A stretch of DNA of 64,000 nt from Flavobacteriales bacterium (GCA_040377305.1 JBEIPA010000005.1:64001-128000), one strand, 5' to 3'; shown: positions 33,514 to 43,783, numbered from the stretch's first letter. Made by a program: numbers and translations. Notes: generated by a model from the letters alone, not told the origin.

Positions 33514-33595
33514 TGGGGAGAGCAGGATTCGAACCTGCGAAGACTAGGTCAACAGATTTACAGTCTGTCCTCGTTGGCCGCTTGAGTATCTCCCC
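33514..33595 (-). tRNA. tRNA-Tyr (GTA)
   Basis: GGGGAGATACTCAAGCGGCC...CTGTAAA..., long variable arm. Confidence 0.96.
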
Positions 33596-33677
33596 AAAGC
33601 TCCTCCCGATTCCCGATAGTTTCGGGACGGATCCGTATTCCAAAATCAACCTCGTTAATCTCTTTTTTTAAATAAAG

Positions 33678-33750
33678 AGCCGGCGAAGGGACTCGAACCC
33701 CCGACCTGCTGATTACAAGTCAGCTGCTCTACCAGCTGAGCTACACCGGC
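33678..33750 (-). tRNA. tRNA-Thr (TGT)
   Basis: GCCGGTGTAGCTCAGCTGGTAGAGC...CTTGTAA...GTTCGAGTCC. Confidence 0.96.
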
Positions 33751-33860
33751 TAAGTTGGTTGGTTTTGGGTATACGGCGCCACAATTTTTATTGCGCTATT
33801 TTCCTGATTTCAAAGAACTTTTTGGTCGGTTTTCACCCACCACCTTTCTAAAAAGGACTG

Positions 33861-33868
33861 CAAATGTA
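33861..33868 (-). promoter_or_regulatory. -7 box of the tRNA-tuf operon promoter
   Basis: TACATTTG (TAnnTTTG). Confidence 0.65.
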
Positions 33869-34033
33869 AGAAAGTTTGTTCACACAACAACTTTGAAAAA
33901 TATTTTTTTGGGTTTTTGGTATAAAAAAGCGCTTTTAAGTGTCGATGACTGAGCCAGAAGCCTGTTTTACAAGGCGAAACGAATCGCTCAAATTGCCCAA
34001 AAAAGGGGCATGAGCCTGCCGGAAATTCCAGAC

Positions 34034-34067
34034 AAAAAGAAATCCCGATCGAGAGACCGGGATTCTT
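34034..34067 (-). terminator. Terminator after hpf
   Basis: AATCCCG / CGGGATT stem plus T-run. Confidence 0.65.
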
Positions 34068-34093
34068 TGCTGAACAACGTATTGATTATCAGA

Positions 34094-34414
34094 CTAAACG
34101 ATCTTTGGATCGACTTTTTTGGTCTGAATTTTCTCTTTGTATTTTTTAATCTGGCGAGCAAGCACCTCCACCGAGATGTCCACTGCTTCTTCGAATGTCT
34201 TGCACTGACGCTTCACATAAATCTCGTTGCCGGGAACGTGAATCTTAATCTCTGCCACTTTGTTCGCGGAGTTATCTGCTTTATCCAAGCGCAGGAATAC
34301 TTCTCCGTTAATAATTCCTTCGAAATACTGGGAGAGTTTTCCGACTTTTTCATTGATAAAACCGATGAGTTTTTGATCCGCCTTGAAATGGATCGATTGG
34401 ATTTGAATTTCCAT
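34094..34414 (-). CDS. hpf: Ribosome hibernation factor HPF/RaiA
   Basis: IQSIHFKADQKL...K..EIKIHVPG...TFEEAVD. Confidence 0.93.
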   Translation of the reverse strand: MEIQIQSIHFKADQKLIGFINEKVGKLSQYFEGIINGEVFLRLDKADNSANKVAEIKIHVPGNEIYVKRQCKTFEEAVDISVEVLARQIKKYKEKIQTKKVDPKIV

Positions 34415-34433
34415 AATGTCCTCCTTGTTTTAA

Positions 34434-35348
34434 TTAGGCCCTGGGATGAGCCTTGTGATAAATTGCTTTGAGTTTATCGACAGTGTTGTGCGTGTACACC
34501 TGCGTTGCTGAGAGATTCGCGTGACCTAGTAACTCTTTGATCGCGTTGAGATCTGCTCCGTTGTTCAGCATGTGCGTTGCGAATGTATGGCGTAACACGT
34601 GTGGGCTTTTTTTATCTATTGTTGTTACCAGACTAAGGTAACGTTTGACCTTACCATATACAAACGATCTTGATAGTTTTTTTCCTTGTCTGGTTAGCAG
34701 CAAAAACTGTGCGTTTTCATTGGTACGCTCAGCCAAAATTTGCGAACGTTTTTGGATGTAATTGCTGATCAGTGTTTTGAGTTCGGCTGTCACCGGAATG
34801 ATTCTTTCCTTGTTGCGTTTTCCCAACACTTTTACGGTCCCGGAGCGGAGATTAACGTCCTCAATTTTGAGATTAATTAACTCAGCTAAACGCATTCCCG
34901 TTCCATACAGAATTTCGATTATCATGCGCACCAGATGACCGGTGTATAAATCGTCTTCCGATTCCTCCACAATTCCAACCTGATGGAGTACTTCCATGGG
35001 CTTTTCATCAACAAAAACCGGTAAGCGCGACTTGGTTTTGGGTGTGGTAACTTTCAAAGTTGGATTTACTTTGATGTTGCCTTCGCGTAATTCGAAACGA
35101 TAAAATGCCCGGAGCGAGCTGATTTTTCTATTGATAGATCGTGGAGAAATTTTCTCATCCATCAAACGCGCAATCCAGGAACGTATGAATTGGTGATTAA
35201 CCTCGAGTAACGAGTCGATTTCGTATTCGGTTGCGAGGTAATCGCGAAACTCGATGAGATCGGTGCTGTAAGCGGAGCATGTGTGTGGTGAATACCGTTT
35301 CTCGCGAAGCAGATAATGGAGAAAGTCGGTGTGGGGAGCTTCGGTCAC
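34434..35348 (-). CDS. xerC: Tyrosine recombinase XerC-like
   Basis: EKRYSPHT, YGTGMRLAEL, GKRNKER, HVLRHTFATH, LGH...TQVY; GTG start at 35348 inferred; sits between rpsU and hpf. Confidence 0.88.
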   Translation of the reverse strand: MTEAPHTDFLHYLLREKRYSPHTCSAYSTDLIEFRDYLATEYEIDSLLEVNHQFIRSWIARLMDEKISPRSINRKISSLRAFYRFELREGNIKVNPTLKVTTPKTKSRLPVFVDEKPMEVLHQVGIVEESEDDLYTGHLVRMIIEILYGTGMRLAELINLKIEDVNLRSGTVKVLGKRNKERIIPVTAELKTLISNYIQKRSQILAERTNENAQFLLLTRQGKKLSRSFVYGKVKRYLSLVTTIDKKSPHVLRHTFATHMLNNGADLNAIKELLGHANLSATQVYTHNTVDKLKAIYHKAHPRA

Positions 35349-35444
35349 TATTATATAAAAGAAATACACACAAGTTTACGGTATACTGCGTGAGCAGGTT
35401 CCCGAACTTGTGTGTAATTCCTTACAATAGTATGTTAATACCGC

Positions 35445-35639
35445 TTAAACCTCAGCGTCAAGCTGGAGTCCCTGGCGGTAAATAGCACGAAGCTTAGTTT
35501 CGCGTTTGCGAATAGATGGCTTTGTAAATTTCTGACGGTCGCGAAGCTCACGTACAACACCTGTTTTCTCGAATTTCTTCTTGAATTTCTTCAGTGCTTT
35601 CTCGATTGACTCGCCTTCTTTAACTGCTACTACGATCAT
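35445..35639 (-). CDS. rpsU: 30S ribosomal protein bS21
   Basis: MIVVAVKEGESIEKALKKFKKK...FTKPS; ATG at 35639. Confidence 0.97.
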   Translation of the reverse strand: MIVVAVKEGESIEKALKKFKKKFEKTGVVRELRDRQKFTKPSIRKRETKLRAIYRQGLQLDAEV

Positions 35640-35671
35640 TGTGTTTTTCCTCGAATTTTTTCTTAGGGCTG

Positions 35672-35679
35672 CAAATGTA
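35672..35679 (-). promoter_or_regulatory. -7 box of the rpsU promoter
   Basis: TACATTTG. Confidence 0.65.
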
Positions 35680-35884
35680 GGGGATTTGGATTGTACAAAC
35701 AACCAAAAACTGGGAATTTTGAGTTTAATCACTAAATCTGACCGGGAATAAGGGACGAGGGACAAGGAATGGAGCAAGGTGGACTAGCAAAACTCAATAT
35801 AAAACGTGTTAATCTGATGCAAATTCCGCGTTCCGTAACCCTCATCCCCCATTCCCCATTCCTCATTCCCTACCTTTACCCCTG

Positions 35885-37012
35885 TTGAAACCGAAAAAAA
35901 TACTCGTCCTTGGTCCTGCCTGGCCTTTACGGGGCGGAATTGCCGACACCGATGAGCTGCTATGCAAAGCCTTCATGGATGCGGGGCATTCCTGTGAAAT
36001 CGTTTCATTCAAGCTTCAGTATCCGGGATTTCTTTTTCCGGGAACATCACAGTTTGATCACAACAAGCGGGCACCGAAAATGAAAATTCGTGCGCTGGTG
36101 AATTCTGTGAATCCCTTCAATTGGATTTCAGTCGGAGGGAAAATCAAAAAGGAAAAACCGGATCTCGTAATCGTGCGCTACTGGTTGCCGTTCATGGGTC
36201 CTTCGCTCGGAACGATTTGTCGCAGGGTGAGAAAAAACGGACACACGAAAGTGATTGCACTTGTCGACAATGCAATTCCGCATGAACCACGATTTGGCGA
36301 TAAGCTGTTCACCCGTTACTTCATCAAAAGTTGCGATGCATTTCTGGCCATGTCGCATGCGGTGATCAAAGATTTGAAGTCACTTGGTGTAACGAAGCCC
36401 ACTGCATTCAGTGAACATCCTTTGGTGACTTCATTCGGCGAAGCGACAGATAAAATTTCTGCCCGTAAAAAACTGCAGCTCGATGAAAACGGCAAATACC
36501 TGCTGTTCTTCGGATTGATTCGTCGTTACAAAGGATTAGATCTGTTGCTTGAAGCGATGGGAGATGCACGCATTAAAGAACGCAACGTGAAGTTGATTGT
36601 TGCCGGTGAATATTACGAGGATGAAAGTTATTATACCGAAATCATCAAACGGAATTCACTGGAAAACAATGTCGTTCTGCACACGAAATACGTAGCAGAT
36701 GATGATGTGAAGCATTACTTTAGTGCATGTGATCTTGTAACGCAAACATATCACAGTGCTACCCAAAGTGGCGTTGCGAAAATTGCGATACAATTCGAAA
36801 AGCCTTCGCTGGTTACTAACGTTGGTGGATTGGGAGAAGTGATTGAGCATGGAATATCGGGTTATGTTGTTGCGTCTGACAAGAAAGCGATTGCAGACAG
36901 CATCATTGATTTTTATGATCAGAAGCGCGAGGCAGATTTTGTCAATGCAACGCGGGAAGACAAGAAGAAATACAGTTGGAATGTAATGGTGGAAAAGTTA
37001 TTAAGTCTGTAA
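35885..37012 (+). CDS. GT4 family glycosyltransferase
   Basis: GPAWPLRGGIA, FFGLIRRYKGLD, SATQSGV, TNVGGL.E. Confidence 0.92.
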   Translation: MKPKKILVLGPAWPLRGGIADTDELLCKAFMDAGHSCEIVSFKLQYPGFLFPGTSQFDHNKRAPKMKIRALVNSVNPFNWISVGGKIKKEKPDLVIVRYWLPFMGPSLGTICRRVRKNGHTKVIALVDNAIPHEPRFGDKLFTRYFIKSCDAFLAMSHAVIKDLKSLGVTKPTAFSEHPLVTSFGEATDKISARKKLQLDENGKYLLFFGLIRRYKGLDLLLEAMGDARIKERNVKLIVAGEYYEDESYYTEIIKRNSLENNVVLHTKYVADDDVKHYFSACDLVTQTYHSATQSGVAKIAIQFEKPSLVTNVGGLGEVIEHGISGYVVASDKKAIADSIIDFYDQKREADFVNATREDKKKYSWNVMVEKLLSL

Positions 37013-37081
37013 GTATTTAAGTAGGCTAGTCATGAAGACTCGCCTACTTCACGACTTAAAAACTTAAATACTTTATAAAAT

Positions 37082-37666
37082 ATGGATCAACTCGAAAAGA
37101 TAAAATCGAAAATTGAAGCTTCGGCAAAACTGAAAATGTCGCTGTTGTCGAATGAGACATTGCTCAATTCGGTGGTGAATCTGACAACCGAAGTGATTCG
37201 GGCATACCGCGGAGGCGGAAAAATTCTGTGGTGCGGAAATGGAGGAAGTGCAGCTGATGCACAACATCTCGCAGCAGAATTAACCGGTAGATTTTATTAT
37301 GATCGTCCACCGCTGAATTCAGAAGCCTTGCATGTGAACACATCGTATATCACTGCCGTTGCAAATGATTACGGATACGATCACGTTTACAGTCGTATGG
37401 TTGCTGCAATCGGCAAGCGTGATGATGTTCTCATCGGACTTTCGACCAGCGGAAATTCGCCGAACGTGGTGAATGCATTCATCGAAGCCAGGAAGCGCGG
37501 CATGTTCACAGTTGGATTCACCGGAGAATCGGGCGGAGAATTAAAACCTCATTGCGATTTGCTGATTAACATTCCGTCGAAAGACACACCGAGAATTCAG
37601 GAGTGCCACATGTTAATTGGACATACGGTGTGCGAGATGGTGGAAGCGGCGATGTTTCCGAAATAG
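37082..37666 (+). CDS. gmhA: Phosphoheptose (sedoheptulose-7-phosphate) isomerase
   Basis: CGNGGSAADAQHLAAEL, STSGNS, RIQECH. Confidence 0.95.
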   Translation: MDQLEKIKSKIEASAKLKMSLLSNETLLNSVVNLTTEVIRAYRGGGKILWCGNGGSAADAQHLAAELTGRFYYDRPPLNSEALHVNTSYITAVANDYGYDHVYSRMVAAIGKRDDVLIGLSTSGNSPNVVNAFIEARKRGMFTVGFTGESGGELKPHCDLLINIPSKDTPRIQECHMLIGHTVCEMVEAAMFPK

Positions 37667-37890
37667 GAACGCGGATTTTGGAACGCGGATTTTGATGTTC
37701 GTTGTTTTCTATTCGCTTCTTCAGGATGATCACGACAAATTGAAAATTTCAGTCTTTGATTTTATGAGATACGTTTAAGTTTATCTCATAAAATCCAATT
37801 TCCCGCTGCTGCTATTCACCATGCTGATCCGAGAAAACGCTAACACGCCTAGGCTTTCAAAATCCGCGTTCCGTCTTCGAAATCCGCGTT
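37666..37890. repeat. MITE-like element copy 1
   Basis: Doubled ends GGAACGCGGATTTT / AAAATCCGCGTT(CC) and internal GATTTTATGAGATA..TATCTCATAAAATC hairpin. Confidence 0.7.
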
Positions 37891-37915
37891 ATCTTTTTCT
37901 TTATCTTTATTCAAC

Positions 37916-38317
37916 GTGCTCAACAAACTCTCATTCGGTTTCGCTTCCCTCCTGCTCTGCGGGTTGTTGGCTTCTTCCTGCAAAGAAGAATCGAAATCGC
38001 CCACGTTGAGTTTTAAGGTTGATCCCGCGTACACGTATTCCGACATTCACGTCGCACCGGGAACCACGATTACCGTTGGTGTTATTTGTGATCAGGGAAC
38101 AGATCCGTTGAAGTTGGTGTACTCAGAAGTGGCTTACGATGGAGCGAATGTGGATTCACTATACACGCGACATGTAGTTCCGGAGAATACCGATCATTAC
38201 GAAGTGGATTTCACGATTACCACGCGTAACACGATTGGCACCGAACGCTGGACGTTTAACGTGAATGACAAAGACGGAAGGTTGACTGAGAAGGAAATCA
38301 GAATCGTTTGTCAGTGA
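37916..38317 (+). CDS. Lipoprotein (Ig-like)
   Basis: LASSC lipobox; beta-rich body. Confidence 0.75.
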   Translation: MLNKLSFGFASLLLCGLLASSCKEESKSPTLSFKVDPAYTYSDIHVAPGTTITVGVICDQGTDPLKLVYSEVAYDGANVDSLYTRHVVPENTDHYEVDFTITTRNTIGTERWTFNVNDKDGRLTEKEIRIVCQ

Positions 38318-38357
38318 TTCCGAGATTTCGGATTCCGCAATTCCGATACAACTTCGT

Positions 38358-38397
38358 AAAAAAAATAAAACCCGTGCTGATAACACGGGTTTCTTTA
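38358..38397. terminator. Bidirectional terminator between convergent genes
   Basis: A-run, AAACCCGTG/CACGGGTTT stem, T-rich tail. Confidence 0.7.
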
Positions 38398-38513
38398 TGC
38401 ATTGAACTGACTTCGGAATCTCGGAATCCGAAATCACGGAATTGTTAGTCGAAGAACGCCTGCACCTGTCAACCTTCGGCTACGCTCAGTCTGACAATTT
38501 ACAAGTAACCCGG

Positions 38514-39125
38514 TTAATCGAAGAACGCTTGCACGCCAATCGTGAAATCGGGGCTGTAGCTGAACTGCATTTCCGGATCGTTGTTGCTGTTGCGACCGGG
38601 ATAGAGATCAAGAACTTTGCAACGGATATCGAAAGCTGCGTGATCTGAAAAGAACCACGCTAATCCTGCACCGGTATATCCACGTAATCCACTGTTCGTA
38701 GCTTTTGAATCATAATCGGCAGTAGTACCGGTTTTGTATTCGGTGCGCCGATGAACTGCGGAATACTGGTAACCAACGTTCGCAAAAACGTATGGTCTCC
38801 ATGTTTTTTCAGCATCGCGCATGTAGAAACGGAAGCCAGGTGTGACCCACATGCTGACACTTTGATATTTGTCAATCTGCGCCGTGTCCTCAACTTTATT
38901 CATATTCATTCCGAAACCAAAATCGGTTCCAAGACCAAAACTGTTGCCCACGAACCAATATACTTCTGGTCCCAGATTGAAATAATTATATGTGCCGTCA
39001 TCACCATCGAGATCAAAATGAAGATTACCTGTTCCGCCAACTGAGCGCCAACCTTTGTCTGTTGGATGTTGCGCAAATGCAGAAACTGAAATCGTAATAG
39101 CTGCGAAGAGGAGAAGTCGTTTCAT
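38514..39125 (-). CDS. Outer-membrane beta-barrel protein
   Basis: Signal peptide, amphipathic strands, C-terminal IGVQAFFD. Confidence 0.8.
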   Translation of the reverse strand: MKRLLLFAAITISVSAFAQHPTDKGWRSVGGTGNLHFDLDGDDGTYNYFNLGPEVYWFVGNSFGLGTDFGFGMNMNKVEDTAQIDKYQSVSMWVTPGFRFYMRDAEKTWRPYVFANVGYQYSAVHRRTEYKTGTTADYDSKATNSGLRGYTGAGLAWFFSDHAAFDIRCKVLDLYPGRNSNNDPEMQFSYSPDFTIGVQAFFD

Positions 39126-39253
39126 AGTAGAGAAGTTTGTTCCACACTAAGATAAGAACCACGTATAGAATTACAATGTGCCGATGTACCAATATGCCGA
39201 TTAAAATGCCCGATTCATCGGCACACTTGCACATCAACCAGCGCAGCGACAAT

Positions 39254-40795
39254 CTATAGCGGAATATTCCCGTGCTTCTTTCTCGGAAGCTTAGTTGCTT
39301 TATTCTGCAACATCTCAAATGCAGCAATCAGTTTTGCGCGTGTATCTTCAGGAAGAATCACCTCGTCGATGAAACCACGTTCAGCAGCACGGTATGGATT
39401 CGCGAAGGTTTCCATGTATTCCTGTTCTTTCTCCTTCAGTTTTGCAACAGGATCTGTCGCTGCAGAAATTTCATTCTTGAAAATAATTTCTGCTGCGCCC
39501 TTCGCTCCCATCACGGCAATTTCTGCAGTTGGCCACGCGTAGTTCATGTCGGCACCGATGTGCTTGGAGTTCATCACATCATAAGCACCACCATACGCTT
39601 TGCGTGTGATGACAGTAACACGAGGAACTGTTGCTTCACAGAATGCGTACAACAATTTTGCGCCATTGGTAATGATTGCATTCCATTCCTGATCGGTTCC
39701 CGGAAGGAATCCCGGAACGTCTTCGAATACAAGCAACGGAATATTGAACGAATCACAGAAGCGAACGAAACGCGCTGCTTTTGTTGATGAATGAATATCG
39801 AGTACGCCCGCAAGAACTGCAGGTTGATTTGCAACAATGCCTATGCTTCTTCCTGCGAGACGAGCAAAACCGACAACAATGTTTTCCGCAAAGTGTTTGT
39901 GTACTTCGAGGAACGTATTCGCGTCGATGACTTCAGAAATTACTTCGCGGATATCGTATGGCTGATTCGGATTCGCAGGAATAATTTTATTTAAGCCGGG
40001 ACGTTTCTCATTGGCAGAATCGTACTCCAAACGCGGTGCGCTCTCTTCGCAGTTCTGTGGCATGTATGATACAAGCGCGCGGAGATTGCGGATACATTCA
40101 ATTTCATTGGCGCAAGCAAAATGGGTTACGCCCGATTTTGATGCGTGCGTCATTGCACCACCGAGTTGCTCGCTGGTCACTTCTTCATGCGTAACCGTCT
40201 TCACAACGTTAGGGCCTGTGACGAACATGTAGGAAGTATTCTCCACCATGAGAATGAAATCGGTGATTGCCGGAGAGTAAACAGCTCCACCTGCGCACGG
40301 TCCCATGATTGCAGAAATCTGCGGTATTACGCCTGACGCGAGTGTATTGCGATAGAAAATATCCGCATAACCTCCGAGAGAAACAACGCCTTCCTGAATA
40401 CGCGCGCCACCTGAATCGTTCAAGCCGATCACCGGAGCTCCGTTTTTCATGGCAAGATCCATCACCTTGCAGATTTTTTCTGCATGTGTTTCTGAAAGTG
40501 ATCCGCCGAAAACGGTGAAGTCCTGAGAGAAAACGTAAACGAGACGACCGTCGATTTTGCCGTAACCGGTTACAACTCCATCGCCGAGATATTTTTCTTT
40601 CTCCAGGCCGAAGTCTGTAGATCGGTGCGTAACGAGCATTCCAATTTCTTCGAACGAACCTTCATCGAGCAAAAAGTGCAAACGTTCACGCGCAGTGAGT
40701 TTGCCTTTTTTGTGTTGAGAATCGATGCGTTTTTGTCCGCCGCCAAGTTGAGCTTCGGCGATCTTATCGTTGAGGGTTTTGAGCTTGTCGTCCAT
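39254..40795 (-). CDS. pccB: Acyl-CoA (propionyl-CoA) carboxylase beta subunit
   Basis: [42 protein letters not shown]. Confidence 0.93.
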   Translation of the reverse strand: MDDKLKTLNDKIAEAQLGGGQKRIDSQHKKGKLTARERLHFLLDEGSFEEIGMLVTHRSTDFGLEKEKYLGDGVVTGYGKIDGRLVYVFSQDFTVFGGSLSETHAEKICKVMDLAMKNGAPVIGLNDSGGARIQEGVVSLGGYADIFYRNTLASGVIPQISAIMGPCAGGAVYSPAITDFILMVENTSYMFVTGPNVVKTVTHEEVTSEQLGGAMTHASKSGVTHFACANEIECIRNLRALVSYMPQNCEESAPRLEYDSANEKRPGLNKIIPANPNQPYDIREVISEVIDANTFLEVHKHFAENIVVGFARLAGRSIGIVANQPAVLAGVLDIHSSTKAARFVRFCDSFNIPLLVFEDVPGFLPGTDQEWNAIITNGAKLLYAFCEATVPRVTVITRKAYGGAYDVMNSKHIGADMNYAWPTAEIAVMGAKGAAEIIFKNEISAATDPVAKLKEKEQEYMETFANPYRAAERGFIDEVILPEDTRAKLIAAFEMLQNKATKLPRKKHGNIPL

Positions 40796-40941
40796 ACTAG
40801 TTACGAAGATAGATACCGAAGCTGAATGGTACGCGGAAAGGACGGAAAAAACAGATAAAATCGGATTTCTGACAACCAGACCGCGGGCTTCAAAATTTGC
40901 CGCATCCCGATAGTTATAGGGAGCAGATTACGCAGATTTTC

Positions 40942-41038
40942 TGAGAACAGGATTGTGGCTGGTGATGAGAACCGAGATCTTCGTGGTCGATTAACTACAA
41001 AGGCGCGAAGACGCAAAGGACCGCAAAGTTTGGAGAAC
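40942..41038. repeat. Dispersed repeat (CGCAAAG-containing) copy 1
   Basis: Aligns with 47596-47719. Confidence 0.7.
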
Positions 41039-41066
41039 AAAATTGTGGCTAAGAGTTTATACCTAG

Positions 41067-41600
41067 TTATTTCACAATCGCATAGTGCAACGCATCATGG
41101 TATTCTCCATTCCGGAAATAGGCTTTCTTCATTTCACCTTCGAATACGAATCCGTTTTTAATTAACACGGAAGCAGATTCTTTGTTGAATGCGTACACCG
41201 GTGCATCGATGCGCAGTAATTTTCGTGTAGTGAATCCGTATTCGACAATTGCTTTCACCGCTTCGGTCATAATTCCTTTTCCGCGATAAGCAGTTGCAAG
41301 CCAGTATCCGATTTCGTCGCGATGTGCTAATCCTGCCACAACATTTTTACCATGATAGCCGCAACCACCTATTGTTTCACCTTCCGGATTCCGGATTGAA
41401 AAGTGAAGCGGGTGTCCGAACGTGTCTTCATGCGATTTGCAAAGCGTAAGAAAAAATCGAGCGTCTTTCTCCTGGTAATTCGCAGGGAGCATTAATGTTC
41501 GTGCAAAAATGTACGGATCATTGAGGTGCTTGATGAGCGAAGAGATATCGTCCTCGGTGGGAGGAGACATAAAATATCCGTTGGAAAGAGCGAGGCGCAT
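41067..41600 (-). CDS. RimJ/RimL-type GNAT acetyltransferase
   Basis: EIGYWL...YRGKGIMTEAV, N..SA.VL.K.GF..EG. Confidence 0.9.
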   Translation of the reverse strand: MRLALSNGYFMSPPTEDDISSLIKHLNDPYIFARTLMLPANYQEKDARFFLTLCKSHEDTFGHPLHFSIRNPEGETIGGCGYHGKNVVAGLAHRDEIGYWLATAYRGKGIMTEAVKAIVEYGFTTRKLLRIDAPVYAFNKESASVLIKNGFVFEGEMKKAYFRNGEYHDALHYAIVK

Positions 41601-41721
41601 TTTCAGTACGAAGTTGCAAAAATGTTCAATGTTAAACGCCAAAACGCACAATGTTCAACAAAAAATCCCTCAGCCCGTTTTACCGGAAAGAGGGACTCCT
41701 CGAGGATGTATTACTTCTTAA

Positions 41722-43128
41722 TTAAAAATCCAGAGAGATTCCCGCTGTGAACGGATACAATCTTGGTCCTTTGTCTGCTTCGAAAAGCGGAGTTAATGAA
41801 TATGATGCGAAGAGGCAGAAATCGCCGTACCCGATTCGTCCGATGAGATCCACTTTGAACGGATTCACATTGTAATCGTCTTTGATTTTACGTTTGTAAG
41901 TGCGGCCGTCCAACTCATATTTCTGCTTCACTTTGTTTTTGAAAATGTTGTAGCCTGCTTGCGCACCCACTGCGATGTGAAATGAACGGCTTGCGTCTTC
42001 TGTGTTCGTGTTGAACTCGAGGAAGAGCGGAATGTTTGCATAGGCAACGTTTAAACGGTTCTTCGTGTATGCGAGTGAATCAGCAACCGGAAATGTATAA
42101 TCAACATTTGCAGGTAGAGAATACGACCCACGCAGGTTATAATGGTACCATGTAATTCCGAGTCCTGTACCGAGATTTACATTGTTGCGGTAGATGTGAA
42201 TATTTTTCTGCCACATGTTCCATCCGAATACATACGACTTCGCATAGTTCAGATTCATTGGCTCCAATCCGGTTGGCATTGCAACCTGGTTGTCGTAAGT
42301 CATGAGACCATTTATGCCCAAGTCCATTCCGTCCCAGAATTCAAAATCGCTGTCCTCTTTTTTCTGCTCGCGCTCTGAACGCTCATCGGGATCATGTGAA
42401 ATATCAATGTGACGACCACCGATGCTCAGTCTTGTTGTATCTCCGATTCCAGAACCAGATTTCGTTTCAATCGAAGACGAACCCGATGCATCAACAGTAC
42501 GTTGTGTTGCATCTCCATAGATAAGAATATCGGAAGCGCCGGAAGCTTGTGCTTTTACAGATTGTGATGCCATTACGCTTGCGCTCGCTGCACCACTCGT
42601 GCGTACATCTACATTCTGCGCATCCATGCAACCTGAACGAAGATCCGATGCACCTGAAAGATCAACTTTCAGACGTGTTGAATTTCCACACAAGTGAAGT
42701 GAACTTGCTCCGGAAAGATCAACGTCGATTGATGTCGCCGTAATATTCAATTCCATTTGCGATCCACCCGAACCGTCAATGCTCACAGAATCTGAAGTGA
42801 ATGTTCCAACGCCCGTTAGTTCTGTCGGGCCACCAACATCAACGAGTTTAAGATCGCTGATTGTAACCGTCACTTTCACAGGACCACCTTTTGCGTGTCC
42901 GTCTTGTCCGATCTCAAGCGTACCGTTCTCCACTTTTGTAGTGATTGTTTTGATCGCATCAGATTCTCCTTCAAGAACAACAGCGCATGGCGATCCCGAT
43001 TTCAATTCAATCGTCACGAGTGCCGTTGAACGGATGCCGGTAAATGCATCTACTGTGCGTGTTTCTGTTGTTTGCGCGAACACCATCATTGGTGCCAGAG
43101 CGAGGAGGATAAAAATGTACTTCTTCAT
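41722..43128 (-). CDS. DUF2807 (GIN/adhesin-like) domain fused to an outer-membrane beta-barrel
   Basis: ETR.V..F.GI and repeated LSGAS motifs; C-terminal barrel with NIPLFLEF and terminal GISLDF. Confidence 0.8.
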   Translation of the reverse strand: MKKYIFILLALAPMMVFAQTTETRTVDAFTGIRSTALVTIELKSGSPCAVVLEGESDAIKTITTKVENGTLEIGQDGHAKGGPVKVTVTISDLKLVDVGGPTELTGVGTFTSDSVSIDGSGGSQMELNITATSIDVDLSGASSLHLCGNSTRLKVDLSGASDLRSGCMDAQNVDVRTSGAASASVMASQSVKAQASGASDILIYGDATQRTVDASGSSSIETKSGSGIGDTTRLSIGGRHIDISHDPDERSEREQKKEDSDFEFWDGMDLGINGLMTYDNQVAMPTGLEPMNLNYAKSYVFGWNMWQKNIHIYRNNVNLGTGLGITWYHYNLRGSYSLPANVDYTFPVADSLAYTKNRLNVAYANIPLFLEFNTNTEDASRSFHIAVGAQAGYNIFKNKVKQKYELDGRTYKRKIKDDYNVNPFKVDLIGRIGYGDFCLFASYSLTPLFEADKGPRLYPFTAGISLDF

Positions 43129-43153
43129 AACAATTCTATTGGCTTGCAGGAAT

Positions 43154-43181
43154 AAGACGGCCTGCGGTTACCGTATGTTAC
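43154..43181 (-). promoter_or_regulatory. Putative ECF-sigma promoter
   Basis: GTAAC-N17-CGTCTT; same motif at 43562-43589. Confidence 0.55.
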
Positions 43182-43199
43182 TGACTCAATGGCAATAAA

Positions 43200-43529
43200 T
43201 TACAAACTCTTGAAATTCAACCAAATAGAGTATGTTCCGTCGTAGCTGCTGTTTGCGTTATCGAAGCTCATTGCCTGAAATTGTTCAGTAATGGAAGCCT
43301 TTACAGTCGCGTCTAAAGTAGCAACATTCAGTACAGAAACAGACCCGTTTTCAGCGATCGAAAATACTACGAATACGCGTGAGTTTTCATCGGTGTTTTC
43401 AAGTCGAACAGTGTTCTGAATTTTTTCCTGAATCACCGTAGTTGATGAATCGGAAATTTCGCGTGCAGATGAAACCACAGGGGCTACTGTGAGTGCAAAT
43501 GCTAAAGTGAGGATGTGAAGCGTCTTCAT
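43200..43529 (-). CDS. Small exported hypothetical protein
   Basis: Signal peptide; V.V.F.I.ENG.V.V pattern. Confidence 0.7.
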   Translation of the reverse strand: MKTLHILTLAFALTVAPVVSSAREISDSSTTVIQEKIQNTVRLENTDENSRVFVVFSIAENGSVSVLNVATLDATVKASITEQFQAMSFDNANSSYDGTYSIWLNFKSL

Positions 43530-43561
43530 TGTAAGTATGAGTTAAGGTTAAATTCAAGCAC

Positions 43562-43589
43562 AAGACGCACACCGCTTTGTGTTTGTTAC
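43562..43589 (-). promoter_or_regulatory. Putative ECF-sigma promoter
   Basis: GTAAC-N17-CGTCTT. Confidence 0.55.
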
Positions 43590-43619
43590 AACGCACCTTA
43601 AAATATTTTGCGAAACAAT

Positions 43620-43780
43620 GGAATGCGGACTTAAAGCGCGTTTTCTGAATAGATTTTATGAGATACGACTATATCCATCTCATAAGATCCAATACAGATT
43701 ATTGTAACTAAGGAGAGACGTCCGCATGAGGAATTTGAAAGCAACGGACATAAAAATCCGCGTTTCAAAATACGCGTTTC
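43620..43780. repeat. MITE-like element copy 2
   Basis: GGAATGCGGA..., GATTTTATGAGATACG..ATCTCATAAGATCCAAT, doubled AAAAT(C/A)CGCGTTTC. Confidence 0.65.
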
Positions 43781-43783
43781 ATG

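Noticed and set aside
34434-35348. Island integrase
   Set aside because: Housekeeping Xer-type recombinase between rpsU and hpf, 14 kb from the island boundary.
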